Source of the DNA: Promethearchaeota archaeon
Lineage (GTDB): Archaea > Asgardarchaeota > Thorarchaeia > Thorarchaeales > Thorarchaeaceae
DNA: 51,779 bases
Reading direction: 5' to 3'
Assembly: GCA_048939765.1 (NCBI GenBank)
Contig: JBHLPF010000027.1
Location: 1 to 51,779 of the forward strand
Positions 18,577 through 26,317 of this stretch are shown piece after piece; the first letter of the stretch is position 1; each line of letters begins with the position of its first letter. The notes below the pieces were generated by a model, which had not been told where the DNA came from, made no database searches, and saw only the letters and a list, made by a program, of their open reading frames with translations. The translations under genes and the position numbers were made by a program.

Positions 18577-21237
18577 ATGCTTGTTGTTGAAGACACTGCA
18601 GAGGGTGAGGTGAAGCGCTTCCTGGTTGTTGATGCGCTGATACAACTAGGAGAGATTCAGGCCGGTTCTCAAAGCAGAGTCTTTGATCCCAATAGGGTAC
18701 TCTCATTCTACGATATGGTTGAGAATCAACTACACGATTATTCAAGCAAATATCCTGAGGCTTTCAAATATATCCCCCGAAGAGCCTATACGTACCTCAA
18801 GAAACCTCCTATTCTGAGCGAGTTATATCACGATGTTTCTTCTTCAGAATTAGGCTGGTTTGCCGATCTCTTTGCAGTTAGACCGATCCTAAGCATAGGT
18901 GAAACTAGACTTCCTCTTGACCAGCGTAAGAATAACATTACTCGCACCGAGAACTGGACTGTTACTCCACCCTTCAGCTCAAGGCTATATCGACTTCAAG
19001 ATATGAGATATGGGAGTCGGGGTAGAAATGGGTGGGGAGCAGTAATGACTGCAACAGATCTCAAAGAGTCGTTGAGAAACGACAATCGGGCGGACCTCTT
19101 GAGCTACTTCAAATCCCAATTGCCACTGATAATTGAGATTGAAAAAGGAGATGACCTTGATCTACTAATGGAATGGCTCGTCTTTCTAAAAGATGCTGGA
19201 CTTGAGGCCCCACCCTCCCTTTTCTTGCTTCGTGACCATAAGGCGTGGAACTCTGAGATCGTCCGACTGCTTCAGATTCCAAACTCCAGACTATTACTTG
19301 CAGGTGCAACAATCTCGTCATTATCAACGTTAATCAAAGACCTTCGCAGCTCAAAAGTGGATTCCAATTGGTCCAAGAAGTTTGTTTTTGCCAGCACATA
19401 TCCTGAAACTCAAAGAGGTGATAGCATAACAGAGATTCTCAGCTTCCTTCTGAGCAATAACTTAGGAGCTACTCCTGAAGAGCTGCAAAGGATTCTTGCA
19501 GGCAACTTTCTTAGTATGATTCCGCCAAGACCTCCATATTATGAGTATGTTGACAACACCTCGAGTGTAATTGCTGAAGGATTGATTGGAAAGGCATCGC
19601 TGGGTGAGCTGTCAAGAATCTTCAGAATTCTCGCCGCTAGAAAGGTACAGATAATCGAGTCTTTTGATTACATGATTGCAAACGAAGGCGGCGAAATCCA
19701 GCTAAATGATTCGGTTCTAACTGTAAGAAATCCTATATCAAAGACCGCCAATACTGTAGTCCTGCTAAACGAGCCAGATGACTCCCTCACGGTTTCCGGC
19801 TGGAGAGAGTCTCTAACAAGAAAGTCTCCAGATAGAGGAGTAGACCCTCTCAGAGCTCTAGTTCAATCAACAGCGAGATCAGATGGTCCCATTCTGCAGT
19901 CGCCTTCAGATATCAACCGGTTCAATCATGCCCTCCTAGAGTGTTTGAAAGTGAGGAATTTGCAGGAGGTTCTTTCTGCGCTGCATTTCAAGCTGAATAT
20001 TTCTGGCACTAAGAATGGAACCTTACTGATGTCAGAAGAGGATATGCGGGCGGTGGGTTTAGCAAATGGGAATCTAGTGTTGGGGATGGATGCCATGGAG
20101 GGCCAGTGGTGGGCGGGGCATGTCGAGCTAGATGCAGGATGCCCTCAGAGAACGATCTGTGTCTCAAAAGATGATGGACTAATTCTCGGGCTCTCGGAAG
20201 AATCCATTGTCGACATAGTCAAGAGCGAAGGCAAGATTAAGAACCTAGAGAAAGCAGTCTTTGCTTTGGACTCGACCAAGGGATTCTCAAGAGCGGAGTT
20301 ATTGTCGTACGCATACCTGCATGAGGAAAGACTACAAAAGACGCTGAATGGTCAAATCCTAGGCAAGGGAACTTCAATCTGGATCAATGGTCGTGATGCA
20401 GGTGCTTGCATGACACTCACTCACTCAGTTCCACAATTAGAACCGGGAGAATTGGCCAGACTCACAGGCGACTCATTGGAATTCAGACCTTTGCAGATGT
20501 TCAGACCATTCAACATGATTCTAGCCATATCGACAGATAGTGGAATGGGTGTTCAAGACATTGAACTCAAGACATTGCACTCCTTGAAACGAAGATTGAG
20601 CGCATTGGTTTCGATTGTGCCGGAGATTGAAGACTTCTTTTCTAGACTTGGGACCTCCATAACTAGAATGGATACGGCCACACTTGCAGCTTTACTGCTG
20701 ATTCAAAGTCTCTCCGGGAATAGAACTGATGGATCGCTGGGTATTGTCACAGTTGGAGAAACACCCACTAAATTCTCAATTCAGAAGGGAGAGATAATTC
20801 AGACGAGACTGCAGTTCTCAAATGACTTGGCGTCTGAAGATGTTGTGGTGTCAATCCTCTATTCGCTCCTGGATAGCGCCCACGATTTTGGAGGTGGAGC
20901 CAGATTGTCCGGCGCATTCAGATCTATAGCCGAGTTCCTAGAAGACTTTGGTACCGAAATGCCAACACTGATTTTATTGATGGCCAATCTAGGTGGTGAA
21001 ACCTTCGAAGATGTGAAACCATTCCTCCAAGCAATTGCATCAAGGAATAGATACCAAATGGAGATTCTCAACCTGGGAGAAGATGCTCAAAGCCTCAGCT
21101 CTGATTTCAAAGATATTAATGTAAGAGTGCACCACATGACCAGTTTTGCAGCTGACGTTTTTGAGGGCTATTTGGCTAACGTTATTGAGAAACTAGTGAT
21201 GGGAGACATTGACCGTTCTACTTCCGATGTTTTTTGA
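18577..21237 (+). CDS. Fusion of inactive amidohydrolase paralogue + Cdc48N-like + degenerate VWA
   Basis: Colinear similarity to 16924..18432 and then to 15558..16838. Start placed at ATG 18577 (MLVVED) because it matches the paralogue N-terminus MLVVRA; the ORF track starts at 18469. Confidence 0.8.
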   Translation: MLVVEDTAEGEVKRFLVVDALIQLGEIQAGSQSRVFDPNRVLSFYDMVENQLHDYSSKYPEAFKYIPRRAYTYLKKPPILSELYHDVSSSELGWFADLFAVRPILSIGETRLPLDQRKNNITRTENWTVTPPFSSRLYRLQDMRYGSRGRNGWGAVMTATDLKESLRNDNRADLLSYFKSQLPLIIEIEKGDDLDLLMEWLVFLKDAGLEAPPSLFLLRDHKAWNSEIVRLLQIPNSRLLLAGATISSLSTLIKDLRSSKVDSNWSKKFVFASTYPETQRGDSITEILSFLLSNNLGATPEELQRILAGNFLSMIPPRPPYYEYVDNTSSVIAEGLIGKASLGELSRIFRILAARKVQIIESFDYMIANEGGEIQLNDSVLTVRNPISKTANTVVLLNEPDDSLTVSGWRESLTRKSPDRGVDPLRALVQSTARSDGPILQSPSDINRFNHALLECLKVRNLQEVLSALHFKLNISGTKNGTLLMSEEDMRAVGLANGNLVLGMDAMEGQWWAGHVELDAGCPQRTICVSKDDGLILGLSEESIVDIVKSEGKIKNLEKAVFALDSTKGFSRAELLSYAYLHEERLQKTLNGQILGKGTSIWINGRDAGACMTLTHSVPQLEPGELARLTGDSLEFRPLQMFRPFNMILAISTDSGMGVQDIELKTLHSLKRRLSALVSIVPEIEDFFSRLGTSITRMDTATLAALLLIQSLSGNRTDGSLGIVTVGETPTKFSIQKGEIIQTRLQFSNDLASEDVVVSILYSLLDSAHDFGGGARLSGAFRSIAEFLEDFGTEMPTLILLMANLGGETFEDVKPFLQAIASRNRYQMEILNLGEDAQSLSSDFKDINVRVHHMTSFAADVFEGYLANVIEKLVMGDIDRSTSDVF

Positions 21238-21508
21238 GAGACTCAATTGTCCCTATTCGGGTTTCAAGCACATCTACCTCAACTACAATGGCGTCGATTG
21301 CATTGCCGATATCCTCAATGGCATTGAAGTGGTCACGAATACTCAGTCCTTCTAACCGCCTAGCATCTGCATCTATAAAGGATAGAGATTCTTCGACGCT
21401 GCGTAGGCGTGCCTCAATTTCCTCAATTATGCTCAGCGTTTCTTCAACCCGACCGATTGCAGGAGGGAGTTTCGGACTTTCTGGCACAGGATTCACATCC
21501 AACTTCAA
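21218..21508 (-). CDS. Small coiled-coil protein
   Basis: Heptad pattern; 4-nt overlap with the upstream 21505..22746 gene. Confidence 0.65.
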   Translation of the reverse strand: MKLDVNPVPESPKLPPAIGRVEETLSIIEEIEARLRSVEESLSFIDADARRLEGLSIRDHFNAIEDIGNAIDAIVVEVDVLETRIGTIESLKKHRK

Positions 21509-22746
21509 TCAATAAGCTGAGAGGCACGTTCCTCGATATTTCCTAGTCTTTCAGATAGCTCTTCAAGTCTATCAAGCAAATGTCCAAGCTTGGTGCGCAG
21601 CATCCCCACAGCTGCCCCTTCATCTCCTCCAAAATCACCTGTCATCATAGCTGAGTTCAGTCGTTCTCCAAGTAGACTGGATTGGTTCTCGATGACTTCC
21701 AATCTCTCGATGATTTCTTCAACTGGAAACTTCTCCATCCGCTCTCTTAGCTCATCAACTAGTCTGGTGAGATTCTGAGCTGCTCGTTTCTCTTCATCGC
21801 TTATTGTCGACTTCACTGGCTCTGCAAGGGAGAAGGACTTCTTCACTCCTTCTAATATGCCTCCAGGTTTGCTGACCACCACTTCTCGAGTTCTAATGGG
21901 CGGATGAATTCTATCACCCCTTTCGAACCAAGCAGGCACTAGAAACTTGCGTGTGATATCCTCAAAATCTCTATCCAATAGGATGGCGAATGTAGCTAAT
22001 TCACGTGGATTATCCCATATGGCTAGCTCTACACTGTCTTCCTTTCTAAGAATCGCCGCAGCCACTCCTAGATTCAAATCCTCAAATATCGGCAGGTCAA
22101 TGAGCCAACGGCTGAATAGAAGCGCAAAGGCTGGGATCTGTCTTAGTTTGCCACATCGGAGAGCAATTGAGTATTCCTCCTCCGGCTGTTCAATTGCCTG
22201 TTTTATCCAGATTGATGTGTTGAATTTCCTTCCAGGGATAGAGAGGCTAAGAACTTCAGCAGCCTCCCATTCTATTGCGTCTATTCTTAACTGTTCAATA
22301 TAGTCCAAGTGGGGTTCTTCAAATTCAGGAGAGAGTTTCTCTCCCAAGATATACTTCAGAACAAGGCGAATGATTTCATGCGGGGAATAGTCACGCAACC
22401 AGATTGTTGTGACTAGCTTGACTCGCCCTCCTGCATGTTCATCATCGGATAGCACAACGACGAGCTTCGATGAGTCCAGCCCCGGCTCTCCAAGAATGAA
22501 GATGCCTGTCCTTCCAGGAGCGTCCATTGCGCGATCAGCCATCAACTGTATAGCTTCGTGCGTCGGTTCAATGTAGTTCTCTTGATTGAATTTCGTGGTT
22601 GAAGACTCTTGGAGTCCCTTCACAAGCAGCCCTTCCTCAACCCAACCCGATTTGAGTCCCTTTTCTGGAAGTTGCGCTATTAGATAGCCAAGTATCTCGC
22701 TACTACTATACATTGCTTGAAGTCTGGTTATTGCCTCGTCGTTCAC
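21505..22746 (-). CDS. Hypothetical protein, alpha/beta N-terminal region + C-terminal coiled coil
   Basis: 413-aa ORF with 4-nt overlaps on both sides. Confidence 0.75.
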   Translation of the reverse strand: MNDEAITRLQAMYSSSEILGYLIAQLPEKGLKSGWVEEGLLVKGLQESSTTKFNQENYIEPTHEAIQLMADRAMDAPGRTGIFILGEPGLDSSKLVVVLSDDEHAGGRVKLVTTIWLRDYSPHEIIRLVLKYILGEKLSPEFEEPHLDYIEQLRIDAIEWEAAEVLSLSIPGRKFNTSIWIKQAIEQPEEEYSIALRCGKLRQIPAFALLFSRWLIDLPIFEDLNLGVAAAILRKEDSVELAIWDNPRELATFAILLDRDFEDITRKFLVPAWFERGDRIHPPIRTREVVVSKPGGILEGVKKSFSLAEPVKSTISDEEKRAAQNLTRLVDELRERMEKFPVEEIIERLEVIENQSSLLGERLNSAMMTGDFGGDEGAAVGMLRTKLGHLLDRLEELSERLGNIEERASQLID

Positions 22747-23870
22747 CTGCCAACAACCTCGTTCTCAATCCTATTGAATATTCCTTCAATCGCTTGTGTA
22801 ATATCTTTGAATTGGTCTATATGAATCAGACTACCATTCCCTGCATTTGCAATGGCCTGCATTAAATCCCTGTCAGATTTAACTCCCAGTGCCACGCTTG
22901 TAATCAAAATGTCTTCGCACGCACCAATTTTCCTTGCCATATTGACTGGATTGCGACCTGAAGTAAATGCGCCCCCGGATATGAGTATCACATTGGTGGA
23001 TAGTCCGTTCCGCGAATTCAGATGTCGTGCTACTTCAATAGACAATTCCAAGGCACTTCCAGGATTAGAAGGTTCATCGTTGCGATCATTATTCTGTTCT
23101 GAGAGCCAATTGAGGATTGGTTGACATGATTCTGAACTCAATTGAAGTGCGCTACCTTCACTGGTTGTCAATTGTTCGGATGACTCACCAAACGCAATAG
23201 CTGAAACCAAATTGACATCGCACTCCCTAATAGAGGACAGTATGGCTTCAATTGCACGCAGACCAGCTTTGAAACGCGTGATTCCTCCAGTGCCATTTTC
23301 CATCTCTACATCCTGAATGCTAGACGATGCTCCAACGTCTATCGCGAAGCATACATTGAAACAGGATGGTAATTCAGCCTGAGCGGTCAGATTGACTTTC
23401 AATATCTGATTCCACATGATTCTAGATGCCTGAAATTGCTCGGCAATAGGATTCAGGCGTTCCACGACAAATCCTACGCTGAGTTCAGCAATATCAATTC
23501 GCTGTCCCATCCGTACAATCAGACCATCAAGATAATCCTTGAGATCTTCGATTCGTTTGGATAAGGCATCCACAGCTTTCGTATTCACTAATCCTTCAAG
23601 GGAATAAATTAGGAGCGACAGCTCATTGGAGTCAGGAATCGTTTCAGGAACAGCTGTCAAAGAGACTTCGCTGTGCTCTTCACATCCCAACTCATCGAAT
23701 ATTCGGGAATCCATTACAATAGAGCCAGAAGCTACTTTCTCCGAAGTGCGTATGTCAGAAAAGACAATGACACCCCCATAACTCAATTGGGCTGTGGCAA
23801 TCGTGGTCACAGAAGGATGCACAAATGAGATTCCTCTCTGCTTTCGTCCTTTGATAGCTTCGAGTTCCAA
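22743..23870 (-). CDS. Cdc48N-like + VWA protein (partly degenerate MIDAS)
   Basis: GSIVMDSRIFDELG...DYLDGLIVRMGQ parallels 15558..16838; FNVCFAIDVGAS, SNPGSAL, ILISGG, SVALG. Confidence 0.75.
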   Translation of the reverse strand: MELEAIKGRKQRGISFVHPSVTTIATAQLSYGGVIVFSDIRTSEKVASGSIVMDSRIFDELGCEEHSEVSLTAVPETIPDSNELSLLIYSLEGLVNTKAVDALSKRIEDLKDYLDGLIVRMGQRIDIAELSVGFVVERLNPIAEQFQASRIMWNQILKVNLTAQAELPSCFNVCFAIDVGASSSIQDVEMENGTGGITRFKAGLRAIEAILSSIRECDVNLVSAIAFGESSEQLTTSEGSALQLSSESCQPILNWLSEQNNDRNDEPSNPGSALELSIEVARHLNSRNGLSTNVILISGGAFTSGRNPVNMARKIGACEDILITSVALGVKSDRDLMQAIANAGNGSLIHIDQFKDITQAIEGIFNRIENEVVGR

Positions 23871-23884
23871 GACCGGCCACGCAC

Positions 23885-25027
23885 CTAATACAGACGTGTA
23901 TTGTATATCGCAGTTGCGAGGGATTTGGAACCATACATGACCTCAACACGAATGCTTGCCTTGCCTTTTTCATCTGTCATTGGTGTGAGCTGCGACTCAA
24001 TATGTCGTTCAGAGTTGGGGCCAATCTCATGCTTCTCATTTGTGACCTCGGACACCCCTTCCGGCGTGATCAATGTGACTACAAGACGGATTTCTACGAC
24101 AGCATGACTTGGATTCTTCACTCTCAAGTCGTACATGAATGGTCTTCCGGCGATCAGGGCATCAGGGACTTCACCAAGCTCCACGCTCATTCCCATCTTA
24201 GATGCCGCAAGAGGCCGACCCTTTGGCCACCTCGCAATCTTACTGAGCTCAAGCAATCGTGATAGCGAGGTCTTTACATCCCTAAGATCCAGTCCAAGAT
24301 GAACTGCAGCCTCACCGATGTCAAATGTCCCATCATTGGCTTCATAGTAGGCAAGGACTTTTCGATCAGACTCAATAAGGTCACTCACTCCCTCAAGAAT
24401 TTGGAGAATAGCTTCAGGTAATTCGTGTGCTTCCTGAAGAGAATAGTATCGTCCTCCGTCTACCGAATCTGCGATGCTTTTGAAAGACTCTCTCACCAGA
24501 GGATTACAGCCACAGACGAAAATGAAGACGGTCTCCCCATAACGGCTCTTGAGAGATTGAGCTTCTCTCTGAGGGTCATGGCCTTTGGGGCATCCATCTG
24601 GAAAGTAATCATCGCTAAGGTTGTTGTACTTTCTGCCATGTGGTGGTGCATCACCGACAAGTAGCAACGCCTTGTAGGCATGTTCATCCCACGATAGCTT
24701 TGTCCTGGCATCAAACAATCCATCAGCAACAGCTTCAGGCGTATCTCCGCCCTGAGAGGGATTAAGATTTGATATCTCCCTATGTACATTCTTGATACGA
24801 TCCGAGAAATCGAAAATCCGTGTCACGTAGGAGTGATCCTGAGGCGGATGATCACGATACGAAACTATCGCGAATCGTATACTCAAGTCCTTGGTTCGTG
24901 TAGTGATTCTGTCGACTATCTCGAACAGACTGTCCTTCACCGCACGTATGTCATCCTTCATTGAACCGGTCGTATCGACCACAAAAGCAACGTCAAGTTT
25001 GGCTCGCTGCAGCCCAATCCACTCCAT
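23885..25027 (-). CDS. VWA domain + winged helix + Ig-like domain protein
   Basis: DTTGSM, SYRDHPPQD, GGDTPEAV, GDAPPHG; then FDIGEAAVHLGLDLRDVKTSLSRL (HTH) and a C-terminal beta sandwich. Confidence 0.85.
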   Translation of the reverse strand: MEWIGLQRAKLDVAFVVDTTGSMKDDIRAVKDSLFEIVDRITTRTKDLSIRFAIVSYRDHPPQDHSYVTRIFDFSDRIKNVHREISNLNPSQGGDTPEAVADGLFDARTKLSWDEHAYKALLLVGDAPPHGRKYNNLSDDYFPDGCPKGHDPQREAQSLKSRYGETVFIFVCGCNPLVRESFKSIADSVDGGRYYSLQEAHELPEAILQILEGVSDLIESDRKVLAYYEANDGTFDIGEAAVHLGLDLRDVKTSLSRLLELSKIARWPKGRPLAASKMGMSVELGEVPDALIAGRPFMYDLRVKNPSHAVVEIRLVVTLITPEGVSEVTNEKHEIGPNSERHIESQLTPMTDEKGKASIRVEVMYGSKSLATAIYNTRLY

Positions 25028-25114
25028 TTGAACCTAGAATATGCCACAATTAAGCCTTTGCTGAAGGAGCAGACGTAGGAGATTTTAGCAGCTTGAGTCG
25101 ATTTAGTTTCAACG

Positions 25115-25501
25115 GTGTTTCAGATGAGTGAGAGTGACGTGCCATTGGAGATGGAATTTGAAGGGGAACTCGTTTTGAGCGCAGTTCTGCAAAGGGTGAT
25201 GGCGCCCCTCATTGTTGAGGATATCAAATCAAAGCTTCCTCTTGAGGGCAGAGCTGCGCTGATGCGTGACGAGATGCAAATAACTCTCGGTATCGGCAGA
25301 GGCAACATTAAGCCAGTTAAGGAGGTAAAACGAGGAGATATAGCATACATGCCTTTGGGCGATAACATCTGCATCTATATGGTTGACAAAACTACCTTCA
25401 GTCCTGTCACAGTCATTGGACAAATAGAATCAGACGGGGAGAAGCTGAATCAGCTTAGGGGCATCAGACGGGGAAGCAAGGCCCTAATCAGATCAAAATG
25501 A
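25115..25501 (+). CDS. Cyclophilin-like fold protein (TM1367/DUF369 type)
   Basis: APLIVEDIKSKLPLEG, VKRGDIAYMPLGDNICIY, SPVTVIG. Confidence 0.8.
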   Translation: MFQMSESDVPLEMEFEGELVLSAVLQRVMAPLIVEDIKSKLPLEGRAALMRDEMQITLGIGRGNIKPVKEVKRGDIAYMPLGDNICIYMVDKTTFSPVTVIGQIESDGEKLNQLRGIRRGSKALIRSK

Positions 25502-25508
25502 AGTAGAT

Positions 25509-26063
25509 CTATAGACTCTGCTGAAGGTTCCGTAGAAGTAGCTCATTCTCATCAGGTTCTACCACTGTAGGATCTACGACTATGCCGGATTCATGGGCCT
25601 CAATAACTACATCAATTCCAGATTGACTAACTCTCTTTATTCCTGCATGCGAAAGAGCTCTCACTCGCAGTTGGGTGGTGTCAAACTCAGTCCTATCAGC
25701 GGCCTCGACCGCCTTGACATCTCTACGCAGCTTTGTCTTGGCTATTCGGAGCTGTTCCTTCAATTGAACCAGCTGGAGCTGTAGATCAATTCGCTCACGG
25801 TCTGCCTCCTCAAACTTCGCAACGACCTCATCATACTGGGCCTTCGAAACGAGATTGCGGCTTTGATCAATCCAAGAAATGGTTGTTCCATCAAATCGCC
25901 GTCTTGTTGATACTTGTCCTAGAGCTTTTAGAACAGCTATAACATCATATATTCGCCGTTTGGGAGTATCGAGTTGCTCAGCTAATATATCGCTCCTAAT
26001 CCCTTCCTCCCCACATTCCTGTAGTATTCTAAGAGCAGTTTTTGCCAAATCCACAAGCTTCAA
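25509..26063 (-). CDS. E2F/DP-family winged-helix transcription factor-like protein (DBD + coiled coil + beta-rich C-terminus)
   Basis: LRILQECGEEGIRSDILAEQLDTPKRRIYDVIAVLKALG...ISWI matches the E2F/DP RRxYD signature and the downstream IxW. Confidence 0.8.
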   Translation of the reverse strand: MKLVDLAKTALRILQECGEEGIRSDILAEQLDTPKRRIYDVIAVLKALGQVSTRRRFDGTTISWIDQSRNLVSKAQYDEVVAKFEEADRERIDLQLQLVQLKEQLRIAKTKLRRDVKAVEAADRTEFDTTQLRVRALSHAGIKRVSQSGIDVVIEAHESGIVVDPTVVEPDENELLLRNLQQSL

Positions 26064-26133
26064 AGTCGCACCCCACTGACAAGCCGGCGAGAGTCTCCAC
26101 AGAGCACTCTTCCACTATAGAAACCATTGACTC

Positions 26134-26141
26134 TATTTAAA
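26134..26141 (-). promoter_or_regulatory. Archaeal TATA box (TTTAAATA) for the E2F/DP-like gene
   Basis: Consensus TTTAWATA on the minus strand, ~70 nt upstream of the TTG start. Confidence 0.5.
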
Positions 26142-26156
26142 GGTAGGTGTTATATC

Positions 26157-26224
26157 TCGATTTTCCGAACCTTTCAACTGATAACCATAATTATGATTAT
26201 TGGACCAATCTTTCGAAAAATCGA
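26157..26224. promoter_or_regulatory. Concentric compound palindrome (outer 13-bp arms + inner 20-bp palindrome)
   Basis: TCGATTTTCCGAA (26157-69) and TTCGAAAAATCGA (26212-24) match 12/13. The inner ATAACCATAATTATGATTAT (26181-200) has 9/10 pairs. Both are centred at 26190.5. Confidence 0.65.
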
Positions 26225-26317
26225 CGTCGGTTTGATGAACGCATTCACCGTTAATTACTTAACACGCACCTCTGGCTAATTCAAACGTTTCTGACACGTT
26301 TCAACGGAGAGATTCCA

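Noticed and set aside
26110-26125. ORB-like TTCCACTATAGAAAC
   Set aside because: Single imperfect copy with wrong spacing, no G-string and no cdc6 nearby.
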